The notes: a model not told the origin generated them from the letters alone. Counted from the stretch's first letter, positions 47,618 through 58,429 are shown. The stretch is DNA of 64,000 nucleotides from Candidatus Aenigmatarchaeota archaeon (GCA_041489155.1 JBGPQP010000001.1:1-64000), one strand, 5' to 3'. A program made the numbers and translations.

Positions 47618-48367
47618 TCATTTCTCTTTAACCTTTCTAGCCTTTATTATTATTGTCGAGGCAAACGTTACTTTTCTGGCAAATGCAGAATCAACGCTGT
47701 TCCATAGCTTTTCCTTCCATTTCTTGCGCGAGCCGTCCGCCAGTATAGGGCTGCCTGCGAATTTCTCGACTGAAAACCCATTGAGAGCGAGCAGATCTGA
47801 AAGCGAGCGTTTTGTGAAGGCGTGTATGTGTCCCACGCCTTCTTTCACGAAGGGGTTGCCCGTGTAAGTCCGCAGGGAGGATTCGATCCATGTGGGCATG
47901 TAGCCAAGGAAAAGGAAGCCACGGTTGTACCAAGAAGCTATGTTCGGGACAGTGATAATTATATAACCGTTGGGCTTCAGCACGTTGCTTATGTTTTCAA
48001 GCAGCTTCTCTGTGTCGTACATGTGCTCCAGCACGTCGCCGCAGAAAGCGGCATCGAACGTGTTTTGGGGGAAGGGGAATTTGCCCCTGTCAAGATTTAC
48101 CACCTTCGCTTCTATATGCTTCTTCCTTGCATCTCTTACTGCGTTTTTGCTTATGTCCAGGCCGCAAACCTTCGCGTTTGTTTTCTTGGTTATAAGACTG
48201 GAAATGAAGCCGTCACCGCAACCGATATCGATTATCCTTCCGCTGTCGTGCTTTTCGAACATATCCAGAACTTTCTGTATCTTCCTTTCCTGTATTCTGT
48301 AGTACCTCTCGGCCTCTTTTACGAATATGTTAGAATAGAAATACCTGTTGTATTCGTTCGTGTCCAT
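47618..48367 (-). CDS. Class I SAM-dependent methyltransferase
   Basis: IDIGCGDG, DVLEH, ITVPN. Confidence 0.9.
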   Translation of the reverse strand: MDTNEYNRYFYSNIFVKEAERYYRIQERKIQKVLDMFEKHDSGRIIDIGCGDGFISSLITKKTNAKVCGLDISKNAVRDARKKHIEAKVVNLDRGKFPFPQNTFDAAFCGDVLEHMYDTEKLLENISNVLKPNGYIIITVPNIASWYNRGFLFLGYMPTWIESSLRTYTGNPFVKEGVGHIHAFTKRSLSDLLALNGFSVEKFAGSPILADGSRKKWKEKLWNSVDSAFARKVTFASTIIIKARKVKEK

Positions 48368-48418
48368 GTAAAGATTTGTGGTCTAACAATTATAAAAAAG
48401 GAATCTCATTATTAATTT

Positions 48419-49924
48419 ATGGACTTGCAGAAAATTCTTGAGAGTCTGAGTCCCGTTGAAAGAAAGGTGCTGCCTTTTCTAAAGGATGGGCTTGAGTTGA
48501 GAGAAATCTCGAAAGTATCGAAAACCGAAGGAACAGAAGTTATGCGGGCTCTCCAGTGGCTTGAAAATAAGGGGGCCGTCAGGGTTAAAGCCTCGCCAAA
48601 GGAAATCATTGATCTGGGGGATAACGGCAAAATTTATGCTGACATCGGCCTTCCTGAAAAAAGATTCCTTGAAGTTCTTGCAGGCAAGATGGAGCTGGAC
48701 GCGATAAAGAAGGCGACCGGCCTCGACGACAATGAAATAAGGATCTGCCTTGGCCTGCTTAAAGCAAGGTATGCGATTTCCATAGACGGGAATGAAGTAA
48801 AACCGACAAGCGAAAGGGACCGCGTTCTGCAGCATGGTTTCCCGGAAGAAGCCTTGCTGAAAAAACTCCCGAAGGGTTTTGATGATCTCAGCGAGGATGA
48901 AAAATCAATGGTCAGCAGACTTATCAAAAGAAAGGACATCGTGAAAAAGGACATCGCCAAATTCAGGTATGTGGAACTAACAGAACTCGGCAAGAAGCTG
49001 GCAAAAGAAAGGGTGATGAAGGCTGATCTTATCGAAAATCTTACGCCACAAATGCTGAGGGAGAGGAAATGGGTCGGTAAGGGGTTCAGAAGGTACGACA
49101 TAAAAACCAGCGTACCTAGGCTTTACGCCGGCAACAGGCAGCCTTACAGCGAATTTTTGCAGGGTGTACGAGAGAAACTGGTTTCGCTGGGCTTCAGGGA
49201 GATGGATGGCCCCATAATCGAGCTTGAATTTTTCAACTTCGATTCGCTTTTTCAGCCGCAGAATCACCCGGCAAGGGACTGGAGCGCGACTTACAGGATA
49301 AAAGAACCCAGATATGGCATTCTCCCGGAAAGGGGGCTTGTGCTCGCCGTCAAAAAGGCGCATGAAGGCGGTATTGACGGTTCAACAGGATGGAAATATA
49401 AATGGGATGAAAAGATTGCCTCACAACTGATGCCGAGGGCGCATGACACTGCAATTTCGCCGAGATTCCTTGCCAAAGGCGTGGAAATACCCGGGAAATA
49501 CTTCAGCCTAGTACGCTGCTTCAGGCCGGACGTTATTGATGCCAAACACGGCGTTGAATTCAACCAGCTGGGAGGCTTCGTAATAGACGAGGATCTTTCA
49601 TTCCGGCATCTCTTGGGTCTGCTCAAAAATTTTGTTTTCGAAATCACGGGCATAGAGGATGTAAAATTCCTCCCTGACTATTTCCCGTTCACCGAGCCTT
49701 CGGTTCAGGTGTCAGCGAAACATCCGGAATTCGGCTGGATCGAGCTTGCAGGCGCAGGAGTATTCAGGCCTGAACTCACTAAACCGCTTGGTGTCAACGA
49801 ACCTGTAATAGCATGGGGTTTCGGCCTTGACAGGCTTGCAATGATGAGGCTGGGAGTAGGAGACATACGCAATCTCTTCTCCAATGATATGGAATTCCTT
49901 AGAAAAGCAAGGAAGGTGCTCTGA
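48419..49924 (+). CDS. pheS: Phenylalanyl-tRNA synthetase alpha subunit
   Basis: FNFDSLFQPQNHPARD, YFPFTEPS, GAGVFRPE, WGFGLDRL. Confidence 0.97.
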   Translation: MDLQKILESLSPVERKVLPFLKDGLELREISKVSKTEGTEVMRALQWLENKGAVRVKASPKEIIDLGDNGKIYADIGLPEKRFLEVLAGKMELDAIKKATGLDDNEIRICLGLLKARYAISIDGNEVKPTSERDRVLQHGFPEEALLKKLPKGFDDLSEDEKSMVSRLIKRKDIVKKDIAKFRYVELTELGKKLAKERVMKADLIENLTPQMLRERKWVGKGFRRYDIKTSVPRLYAGNRQPYSEFLQGVREKLVSLGFREMDGPIIELEFFNFDSLFQPQNHPARDWSATYRIKEPRYGILPERGLVLAVKKAHEGGIDGSTGWKYKWDEKIASQLMPRAHDTAISPRFLAKGVEIPGKYFSLVRCFRPDVIDAKHGVEFNQLGGFVIDEDLSFRHLLGLLKNFVFEITGIEDVKFLPDYFPFTEPSVQVSAKHPEFGWIELAGAGVFRPELTKPLGVNEPVIAWGFGLDRLAMMRLGVGDIRNLFSNDMEFLRKARKVL

Positions 49925-51594
49925 TGCCGACAATTGAAATTTCGCTTGAAGATCTCAGCAAAATGTCAGGTAAAAAATTCACAGAGAAATCACTAGGCAA
50001 AGCACTGGAATATGTAAAGGGCGAGATAGAATCAGCCGATGGCGACAGGATAAAAATAGAAATGGCAGATACCAATAGGCCGGACCTGTGGTCAACAGAA
50101 GGCGTAGCGAGAGAACTGCGGGCAAGATTTACGAAAGACAGGGGTCTTCCTAAATTCGCAACCAAGAAATCCGGTTTGATGGTAATAGTCAATAAAAACC
50201 TAGCAGACATAAGGCCAAAAACCGTGTGCGCTGTCGTAAGGGGGCTGAAAATCACCGAAGAATGCCTCTTACAGATGATACAACTGCAGGAGAAGATCTG
50301 CGAAAATTTCGGACGCGGACGGAGGGAGGTTGCGCTTGGGGTGTATGACTACCATAAGCTTTCACCGCCCATATATTACCGTGCTTACGGTCCGCATGAA
50401 ATAAAATTCGTGCCCCTTGATTTCGACAGGGAATTATATCTAAATGAAATACTCGAACAGCATCCAAAAGGCAAGGAATATGGCCAATTGCTGAAAGACA
50501 ATAAAAAATATCCTATTTTCATTGACGCCAAGGGTAACGTGCTTTCGATGCCACCGGTGATAAATTCAAATTATAGCGGCAAGGTAACGCAAGAGACAAG
50601 GGACGTATTCATTGAATGCTCGGGTTTCGATATGAAATTCCTGATGCCTTCGCTTAACATAATGGTGGCTGCTCTTGCAGAACATGGCGGGAGGATTGAA
50701 ACGGTTGACGTGATGTTCCCGAACGGAAAAATCGAGACTCCGGATCTCAAGCCGAAAAAAATAAATGTCAGCCTTAACCGCCTGAAAAAACTTTCAGGCC
50801 TCAATCTGAAAAAAAACCAGATCAAGAACATGCTTCAGAAATCAAGATACGACGTGAAAATCAAGAGGGATAATATGCTGGTATATTATCCTGCATACAG
50901 GCAGGATGTGATGCATGAAGTCGATGTGATAGAAGATGTGATAATATCGTACGGCTACAACAAGATCGAGCCTATGATGCCAAAAATAGCCAGCACAGGC
51001 AGGCTGACGGAAATAAACGAATTTTCCAGGAAAATAGCTGAAATGATGGTCGGCCTTGGAAGCCAAGAAACAATGTCGTACATACTGACGAACAGGGACA
51101 ACCTGGTCAATAGAATGAACCTGGAAGATATGAGAACGATAGAGGTTGAAAACCCAATATCCAAAAACTGGAGCGTCTTCAGGACATGGTTAACACCATC
51201 ACTGATCGAATTCCTCTCAAACAACACCAACAGAGAATATCCGCAAAACATTTTCGAAATCGGCGAAGTGGTTATATACGATGAAAAAACGGAAACAAAG
51301 TCATCAAATCCGACAAGACTCGCGTGGGCTTATGCTGGTTCTGGTGCGAATTTCACAAAAGCGAAGCAACATCTCGATTTTCTATTCAGAAATCTCGGGC
51401 TGGAATACAAAATAGAAGAAACAGAACATGCCTCATTCATACTTGGTAGATCCGGAAGAATATCGGTATCGGGAAAAAATGTCGCCTACATCGGAGAACT
51501 CCATCCAAAGGTTCTTGAAAATTTCGGCATCGAACAGCCTGTTTGCGCCTTCGAAATAAACCTGAGCGATATGCTTGGCATTTTGAAAAAATAG
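49924..51594 (+). CDS. pheT: Phenylalanyl-tRNA synthetase beta subunit
   Basis: MPTIEI, NRPDLWSTEG, LSMPPVINS, DVIEDVIISYGY. Confidence 0.97.
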   Translation: MPTIEISLEDLSKMSGKKFTEKSLGKALEYVKGEIESADGDRIKIEMADTNRPDLWSTEGVARELRARFTKDRGLPKFATKKSGLMVIVNKNLADIRPKTVCAVVRGLKITEECLLQMIQLQEKICENFGRGRREVALGVYDYHKLSPPIYYRAYGPHEIKFVPLDFDRELYLNEILEQHPKGKEYGQLLKDNKKYPIFIDAKGNVLSMPPVINSNYSGKVTQETRDVFIECSGFDMKFLMPSLNIMVAALAEHGGRIETVDVMFPNGKIETPDLKPKKINVSLNRLKKLSGLNLKKNQIKNMLQKSRYDVKIKRDNMLVYYPAYRQDVMHEVDVIEDVIISYGYNKIEPMMPKIASTGRLTEINEFSRKIAEMMVGLGSQETMSYILTNRDNLVNRMNLEDMRTIEVENPISKNWSVFRTWLTPSLIEFLSNNTNREYPQNIFEIGEVVIYDEKTETKSSNPTRLAWAYAGSGANFTKAKQHLDFLFRNLGLEYKIEETEHASFILGRSGRISVSGKNVAYIGELHPKVLENFGIEQPVCAFEINLSDMLGILKK

Positions 51595-51597
51595 CTT

Positions 51598-52362
51598 TTA
51601 TCTGGAAGAAAGCCAGTTGAACAGGCGGAAGCTGAATGGTATTCTAGGTTCATAAACCTCGCCGATCAAAGCTGCCGCCAACGCACGTATGTGCTGGGCG
51701 GCAGGCGATTTCGGGTTGTAAGTCATGACTGGTTCTTTTAGGGCGATGGCTTTCCTCACCTCCCTGTCTTCCGGTATTTTTCCTATCGCCGGAAGGTTCA
51801 GCATCTTCTCTATCTGTTCTATTGGAAGTTCGTGTGTTTCTCCTTTTATCCTGTTGACAACCACTCCGAGATTGTGGGTGGAGTATCTTTTTGCTATAAG
51901 GCTTAATTTAAGGGCGTCCGTCACGGCCGGAAGCTCCGGGTTGGTTACTGTTATCAGCTCGTCTGCAGCCTCTATCGCTGCGAGGGAATCCTTGCCGAGT
52001 CCGGCTGGCGAATCTATCAGTATGAAATCATTTCCATCAAGCAATTTGTACAGCACATCGATATAATGGTGTGATTTTATGTTCCTCTGCCGTCTTAATG
52101 AAATGTCCGCCGGAATTATTTTGAAGCCTGCTTTGTGCGTATATATAACATCCTTTATTCTTGCCCTGCCTTCGAAAACATCGTGAAGTGTTTTGGGATA
52201 AAGATGCATCCCGAGGTGAAGAGCGAGATTGGAGGTTGTGAGGTTGGCATCAACAGCCAGGACGGATTTCCCGTATTGCGCCAAGGCAGCCGAAAGATTG
52301 GAAACAAGCGTTGTCTTGCCAACGCCGCCCTTGCCAGAAGATATGGCTATTATTCTAGTCAT
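51598..52362 (-). CDS. minD: Archaeal MinD-like ATPase
   Basis: SGKGGVGKTT, DSPAG, VTNPE, VVVNR. Confidence 0.9.
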   Translation of the reverse strand: MTRIIAISSGKGGVGKTTLVSNLSAALAQYGKSVLAVDANLTTSNLALHLGMHLYPKTLHDVFEGRARIKDVIYTHKAGFKIIPADISLRRQRNIKSHHYIDVLYKLLDGNDFILIDSPAGLGKDSLAAIEAADELITVTNPELPAVTDALKLSLIAKRYSTHNLGVVVNRIKGETHELPIEQIEKMLNLPAIGKIPEDREVRKAIALKEPVMTYNPKSPAAQHIRALAAALIGEVYEPRIPFSFRLFNWLSSR

Positions 52363-52455
52363 GTTTATAGATTTATCTTCGAAAAGTTATAAATCCATAT
52401 TGTTTCGATTATGCGGCGGCCTGAATTGCAAATTCAAGTCGTGATAAATTAATTA

Positions 52456-52569
52456 CGGACCTGGGGGGATTCGAACCCCCGACCTTTAGCTTAGGAGGCT
52501 ACCGCTCTATTGTCGACCGAAGCAGACTATGTCTGCTTACTACGAAGTTTCCAACTGAGCTACAGGTCC
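52456..52569 (-). tRNA. tRNA-Arg(CCU) with 40-nt D-loop intron (52510-52549)
   Basis: Acceptor GGACCTG/CAGGTCC, D stem GCTC/GAGC, anticodon loop CTCCTAA, T arm GGGGG-TTCGAAT-CCCCC; 74 nt after splicing, no encoded CCA. Confidence 0.92.
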
Positions 52570-52591
52570 ATGGCTGCCATGATGCTTTATT

Positions 52592-54427
52592 CTATAGTTT
52601 GAACAGGTTTTTAAAGAAATTCAGTACTCCGTTTATAGCCGCCGAGAACCAGTTGTCTTCCTTCTTTGAGACCAAGCTGCCGGTTGGGGTTTTTATTTGC
52701 TTTTCTTTGGGATTTTCATTTTTATTGTTTGTAGCATTTTCCTTTTCCAAGGTCTCGTTTGCCTGTTCACTGTCCTGGCCGCCGGTTTTTTGCTGCATTT
52801 CTTCTGACGGTTCTTTCACGAGTATGTCCCGTGTGATATCATGCTCCTTTCCGTCATAGATTATTTTGATACGCAGCTTATACCTGCCGGGCTCGGTATC
52901 ATTTGAAATTCTGTTATTTAGGGTAACTGTGGTTGAGTTTCTTGTAGTAACTTCAACTTTATTGGCGTTCCACGTGTTGAGCCATTTCTTTCCGTCAAAA
53001 CCGAGTGATAGCGGCTTATTGCCATCATAAATGTACGAGTATACCGTGAAGTTCTTCTCCTGCGGTGTCTTCAGCAGCAGTTTTATTGCAAGTTCGGCGT
53101 TTTTGGCTATTTCATCTGGACACGAAATTATTTCGAAATCCTTGGACACTTCATTAGGTTTTTCCGAATTATTGATTTTTTGACAAGGCGGGCAGGCGGA
53201 AGAGGAACAGGGTTTCGAGGTTTCAATCGTCTTTATTTTGCAGAAAGAACCGGAACTTCCTTCTATGTTTATTTGTTTTTCGTTGCTACCGTTAAGGCCT
53301 TCAATTTTTATAAAATACGTTCCATTCGGCAATACACCATCACAATTTGGACTTATCTGCAAAGGCACGGAAATCGTGTAATTCGAGAATTTGGTATATA
53401 TGTTGAAAGTTGTCTTGCCGGCCTTCCTGCCTTCGGTATCTTCAATCCGCATTTCAACCGCGTTCTTCGTCGTATCGCCCTTGTAAATATTTATCATGAC
53501 CTCTATTTCGTCGCCAAACCTCGCCTTCCCGTCAGAACCAAGTCCAGCATCAATGATGGAGATGCTGGAATCGGAAACCGGCGTGTCGCCTTCAACGACA
53601 ATGATTTTTTCTGCACGATTGTTCGAAACATTGGTGTCATTGCATTTGGCATCGGTTATTATTGCATTTATTTTATATCCTTCTGTTCCTGCCAAGGCGG
53701 GCGGAGTCCATGATTTTACAGTGGCCGTGTTGTTGGTTTTTGTTTTCGGCTTCAGAATATTGTCAAAAAAATCTTCTATCCAGTATTCAACCTCAGCTGC
53801 GTTTTCTGTTCCATTTAAATTTTTCACAACCAGTCTGAAACTGTTGCCCTTGCCCACCGCAAAAATTTCTTCGCTTTCTATGCTTATTGACATGTCGCAC
53901 TCACCATCTGTGGCGTTTGTCTGGTTAGCTGTTTGGTTCGTCTCGCTTACGCAAATATTTGGCAAACCGGGAGTAGAAATATTCTGTCTGACTAGTGTTT
54001 TTCCGCAAAGCCCATAAGAAATGTTTTTGGCAGCATTGAAATATTCGATTCGGCTTGTCTCGTTAGAACCATTAAGAATAGATATGTTGTCAGAGCTGTC
54101 TGCAAGCCTCATCCTGCTGTTTTCAAAAATCTTTATGTTGGTTGGTTTCCACATGCCTGAGAAAACGCTGGCGTTTTTGGTGATTATTATGAATTCCCCT
54201 TGCAGGATTGTGCCATTGAGACGTGTTAACGTAGACTCGCCTGTGTCTACACTGATATTTTCTATCACCTCATCTTGATCGCTGGCAAGTTCTATCCACT
54301 CTGAGCATTGGGAACAAGTATCGTTGGGAGCAGGCATAAATTCATTAACAAACAGGGCTTCAGCATCTGAAGGGTATATGAGCAAGATAATAACTAGGCA
54401 AAATACAATGCAGCATCTCAAGTCCAT
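52592..54427 (-). CDS. Secreted lamin-tail-like domain / Ig-like surface protein
   Basis: Signal peptide; VNEFMPAP...EWIEL...STPGLPN; many sequons. Confidence 0.75.
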   Translation of the reverse strand: MDLRCCIVFCLVIILLIYPSDAEALFVNEFMPAPNDTCSQCSEWIELASDQDEVIENISVDTGESTLTRLNGTILQGEFIIITKNASVFSGMWKPTNIKIFENSRMRLADSSDNISILNGSNETSRIEYFNAAKNISYGLCGKTLVRQNISTPGLPNICVSETNQTANQTNATDGECDMSISIESEEIFAVGKGNSFRLVVKNLNGTENAAEVEYWIEDFFDNILKPKTKTNNTATVKSWTPPALAGTEGYKINAIITDAKCNDTNVSNNRAEKIIVVEGDTPVSDSSISIIDAGLGSDGKARFGDEIEVMINIYKGDTTKNAVEMRIEDTEGRKAGKTTFNIYTKFSNYTISVPLQISPNCDGVLPNGTYFIKIEGLNGSNEKQINIEGSSGSFCKIKTIETSKPCSSSACPPCQKINNSEKPNEVSKDFEIISCPDEIAKNAELAIKLLLKTPQEKNFTVYSYIYDGNKPLSLGFDGKKWLNTWNANKVEVTTRNSTTVTLNNRISNDTEPGRYKLRIKIIYDGKEHDITRDILVKEPSEEMQQKTGGQDSEQANETLEKENATNNKNENPKEKQIKTPTGSLVSKKEDNWFSAAINGVLNFFKNLFKL

Positions 54428-54490
54428 GAAACTAAAATGAAATATATATTAAAATATCTATGTTTAAACATTTGTTTAAACATCGCCGGC

Positions 54491-55027
54491 TCAGAGTTCC
54501 CGGCAGTCGTAGCAAATCCATCTGCCATTGACGTTTCTAAGATCTTCTGTGAATTCCCCGCATTTCTCGCATATGCCTGAGATGGCCTGATCCGGCCTTG
54601 CGACGGCCTCTGCTTTCGCCTTCAATCTCTCCGAAAGAATTTCGATAAGCTCAGGGGACACTATCAGGACCTCTTTAGTCGAAACTATTCCCTTGAGCTC
54701 GTTGTTATAAACTACGGGGAATCTTTTGTAGCCAGTTTTCAGCATTTTCTTGGCGACTTTCATCAGGCTCTCTTCCGGAGAAACTGTCATGAAAGGTCTT
54801 TTAAGGCTCTTCCAGAAATCTCCTGCCCTGACTCTTCTCAGATCCTTGTCTTTTGCGACGAGAGTCACTATGTCATTCGTTGTTACTAGACCGTTCGGTT
54901 TCTGTCTGTCCACTATAACAACGCAGCCTATTTTGTTGTTTGTAAGAATCTTCGCTATCGTCGACATGTTCATTTTTGGATCCACTGTGACAACGTGCTT
55001 CTTCATTACGTCTTTTACTCTTATCAT
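54491..55027 (-). CDS. CBS-pair protein with C-terminal Zn ribbon
   Basis: Two CBS domains; GICEKCG...ICYDC. Confidence 0.9.
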   Translation of the reverse strand: MIRVKDVMKKHVVTVDPKMNMSTIAKILTNNKIGCVVIVDRQKPNGLVTTNDIVTLVAKDKDLRRVRAGDFWKSLKRPFMTVSPEESLMKVAKKMLKTGYKRFPVVYNNELKGIVSTKEVLIVSPELIEILSERLKAKAEAVARPDQAISGICEKCGEFTEDLRNVNGRWICYDCREL

Positions 55028-55099
55028 TTTATCCCCAGATTATTATTGTACCAGATGTTTTTAAACCTTCTTCGCTGCAGCTACCAATATCGGTTTTCG

Positions 55100-57832
55100 T
55101 TATTTCATTTTTTCTTTTATTTTCGCCTGCGCGGCAGCGAGTCTCGCTATCGGAACCCTGAAAGGCGAGCAGCTTACATAATCCATGCCGACCTTGTGGC
55201 AGAATTCTATGGATTTCGGGTCTCCTCCGTGTTCTCCGCATATTCCGATTTCCAAGTTTTTTCTGGTTTTCCTCCCGCGCTCAATTCCGATTTTTATCAG
55301 CTCGCCTATGCCTTCCTGGTCGATGGACTGGAAAGGATCTTCGGGCAGTATGCCATTTTTTATATACTCCGGAAGGAAGCTGCCTATGTCGTCTCTTGAG
55401 AAACCGAAACCCATCTGGGTCAGATCGTTGGTTCCGAAGGAGAAGAATTCAGACACCTCTGCAAGCCTGTTCGCGAGTATTGATGCCCTGGGTATCTCTA
55501 TCATGGTTCCGAACATGTGCCTTATGTTTTTCAGCTTGTATTTAGCAAGCACTTCCTGATAGACTGTTTTTAATATTTCATACTGGTTTTTCAATTCCTT
55601 GACATCCGAAACAACTGGTATCATTATTTCAGGCCAGGGCTTTTTGCCTTCTTTTATAAGCTCGGCAGCTGCCTCAAATATCGCACGTATCTGGGCTTCT
55701 GATATCTCTTTGTACGTTATTCCGAGGCGGACGCCACGATGGCCCATCATCGGGTTTGATTCGTGAAGATTCTCTGCTCTCTGTTCCAATTCATCAAGAG
55801 AGATGTTCAAGTCATTTGCGAGCTGCCGTAATTTTTCACTGTCTTTTGGAACGAATTCATGCAGAGGCGGGTCCAACAAACGTATGACCACCGGGAACCC
55901 ATGCATCGTCTCAAGAGTTCCCTTGATGTCCTTTTTCATGTAGGGAAAAAGCTCCTGCAACGCTCTCCTCCTTTCATCTTCTGTTTTTGATACTATCATT
56001 TTGCGCAGGATGAACAAAGGCTGTTCAGAGCCTTTTCCGTAAAACATGTGTTCTGTCCTGAAAAGGCCGATGCCCTCTGCCCCGAATAGCCTTGCCTTCG
56101 CTGCGTCTTCCGGCGTGTCGGCATTTGTTCGGACTCCCAGCTTCCTTACAGAATCGCAAAGCCTGAGGAATTCCTTAAGTTTCTTGTTCTCCTCCATCGC
56201 ATCTATCATGGGAAGCTGTCCTTCGTATACAACGCCTTTTGTACCGTTAACCGTGATCCAGTCTCCTTCCTTTACAAGCTTCCCTTCTGCGTGGATTTCT
56301 CTTTTTTCCATGTCGATATGAAGCGCGCCAGCCCCTACTATGCAGGATTTGCCCCACCCTCTTGCAACGAGCGCGGCATGCGAAGTCATGCCGCCGCGGG
56401 CTGTAAGGATGGCATGCGCAGCCCTCATGCCCTCAACGTCCTCCGGATTTGTCTCCTCCCTTACGAGAATAACTTTCTTGCCCTGTCTGGTCCATTCTAC
56501 AGCGTCCTTTGCGCTGAACACCACTTGGCCAGAAGCGCCTCCTGGCCCTGCAGGAAGGCCCTTGGCAATTGGTTTTTTGGCGGCCTCTGCCTTCGGGTCG
56601 ATCACCGGGTGAAGCAATTCGTCAAGCTGGCTGGGCGTGACGCGCATTATCGCCTCTTCCCTGCTTATCAATCTTTCCCTGAACATATCGAGTGCCATTG
56701 CGATTGCAGCGGGGCCATTCCTTTTGCCGACCCTGCACTGCAGCATGTAGAACTTGTCTTTCTCTATCGTGAACTCAATGTCCTGCATGTCTCTGTAATG
56801 CCTTTCCAGGCGCTTTTGATATTCAAAAAGCTCCTTGTAAAGTTTAGGCATTGCTTTTTCAAGCGTGACCAGCGACTTGTTTTGCTCTGATTTAGAATAT
56901 TCGTTTACCGGAGCAGGCGTTCTTATGCCGGCGACAACGTCCTCGCCTTGGGCGTTTATCAGGTACTCGCCATAGAATCGGTTATCTCCGTTACCAGGGT
57001 TTCTGGTAAAGCCCACGCCAGTCGCCGAATCACTTCCCATGTTTCCGAAAACCATGGTCTGGACATTAACTGCAGTCCCCCAGTCGTCCGGTATGTTCTC
57101 TATGCGGCGATAAGCGACTGCGCGTTTCCCGTTCCATGAGGCGAACACCGCTCCTACCCCTCCCCACAACTGCTGGTTGTGATCGTCGGGGAAGTCCTTT
57201 TTCAGCACTTCTTTCACCTTTTCCTTGAAAAGGCTGCAAAGTTTTTTGAGATCGTCCGCTGTAAGATCTGTGTCGCTTTTGTATCCCTTCTGCTTTTTCA
57301 TGTCGTCCATTATCCTGTCGAGCTGCTTGCGTATTCCGGCCTCGTCGTTCTTGGGTTCAATTCCTGCTGCCTTCTCCATGACGACATCTGAATACATCAT
57401 TATCAGCCTTCTGTAGGCGTCATACACGAAGCGCTCATTGCCGCTGTGTTTCACAAGACCGGGAATGGTTTTATCAGTGAGACCGATGTTAAGCACGGTT
57501 TCCATCATGCCTGGCATCGAGCGCCTTGCGCCGGAACGGACAGAAACAAGAAGCGGGTTGTCAGGATCACCGAATTTTTTGTGCGTGAGGGACTCTATCC
57601 TTCTCATCGCCTTTTCAACATTTTCCTTGAGTCCAGTAGGGTATTTTTTGTTTTTATTATAATAGTACATGCAAACCTCAGTTGTAATGGTGAAACCGGG
57701 AGGCACCGGGAGGCGAAGATCTTTATGCCCCGCCATTTCCGCAAGGTTCGCTCCCTTGCCACCGAGGAGCTCTTTCATTTTTTCATTACCATCCGCCTTT
57801 CCCCCGCCGAAAAAGTAAACCATCTTCTTCAT
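55100..57832 (-). CDS. ppdK: Pyruvate, phosphate dikinase
   Basis: LLGGKGANL, LVSVRSGA, GGMTSHAA, GIGLFRTEHMF, SFGTNDLTQ, GICGEHGG. Confidence 0.97.
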   Translation of the reverse strand: MKKMVYFFGGGKADGNEKMKELLGGKGANLAEMAGHKDLRLPVPPGFTITTEVCMYYYNKNKKYPTGLKENVEKAMRRIESLTHKKFGDPDNPLLVSVRSGARRSMPGMMETVLNIGLTDKTIPGLVKHSGNERFVYDAYRRLIMMYSDVVMEKAAGIEPKNDEAGIRKQLDRIMDDMKKQKGYKSDTDLTADDLKKLCSLFKEKVKEVLKKDFPDDHNQQLWGGVGAVFASWNGKRAVAYRRIENIPDDWGTAVNVQTMVFGNMGSDSATGVGFTRNPGNGDNRFYGEYLINAQGEDVVAGIRTPAPVNEYSKSEQNKSLVTLEKAMPKLYKELFEYQKRLERHYRDMQDIEFTIEKDKFYMLQCRVGKRNGPAAIAMALDMFRERLISREEAIMRVTPSQLDELLHPVIDPKAEAAKKPIAKGLPAGPGGASGQVVFSAKDAVEWTRQGKKVILVREETNPEDVEGMRAAHAILTARGGMTSHAALVARGWGKSCIVGAGALHIDMEKREIHAEGKLVKEGDWITVNGTKGVVYEGQLPMIDAMEENKKLKEFLRLCDSVRKLGVRTNADTPEDAAKARLFGAEGIGLFRTEHMFYGKGSEQPLFILRKMIVSKTEDERRRALQELFPYMKKDIKGTLETMHGFPVVIRLLDPPLHEFVPKDSEKLRQLANDLNISLDELEQRAENLHESNPMMGHRGVRLGITYKEISEAQIRAIFEAAAELIKEGKKPWPEIMIPVVSDVKELKNQYEILKTVYQEVLAKYKLKNIRHMFGTMIEIPRASILANRLAEVSEFFSFGTNDLTQMGFGFSRDDIGSFLPEYIKNGILPEDPFQSIDQEGIGELIKIGIERGRKTRKNLEIGICGEHGGDPKSIEFCHKVGMDYVSCSPFRVPIARLAAAQAKIKEKMK

Positions 57833-57944
57833 ATTATCATCCCGCCTTTATCCTTTTTCAATAGTTGTTAAGCATTCCTATAAGGATTAAATCTGTGTCT
57901 TTTTATTTTAAAATATATATTAAAGCCGGTCCAAACTTATATAT

Positions 57945-58424
57945 ATGGGCATGAAAGGGGTGTCACCAGTAATAGCCAGCGTGCTGCTAATCGGCATAAC
58001 CGTCGCGATCGGCGTCATGCTGTCGTCATGGTTGACGCACTGGGTCTCCACAAGAACGCAACAGGCGAGCAGCGCGTGCGTGACGAGCACGAATTACAGG
58101 ATCGATACAGCGATCTTCTCTTCAGTGACCGATAACGCCACAATAATAATAACCAATCTTGGAAGCGTTGAGCTTTACGGCTTCAGCGTGCAGGTGATGA
58201 ACAAAACGGATGTTTCGGTTTTCAATTCAAGCGACTCCAGATTCAGGATAAGCCCGAACATAACACAGACTAGTCCCCTGAAAGAGCAGAGGTCTGCCAT
58301 AATCATACTGGATATGAATGGAGATTATGAATCGAATCTCGGAAGCACAGCGGACTTGATAAAGGTCCTCAACAGCGCATGCCCGACGTCTTCGGCCGAG
58401 ACTTCGAGCATAATAAAGGAGTGA
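57945..58424 (+). CDS. Archaeal type IV pilin
   Basis: Class III signal KG/VSPVIASVLLI. Confidence 0.88.
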   Translation: MGMKGVSPVIASVLLIGITVAIGVMLSSWLTHWVSTRTQQASSACVTSTNYRIDTAIFSSVTDNATIIITNLGSVELYGFSVQVMNKTDVSVFNSSDSRFRISPNITQTSPLKEQRSAIIILDMNGDYESNLGSTADLIKVLNSACPTSSAETSSIIKE

Positions 58425-58429
58425 TGAAG

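Noticed and set aside
52370..52600. Integrated element at tRNA-Arg
   Set aside because: No integrase and no duplicated tRNA end seen in the window.
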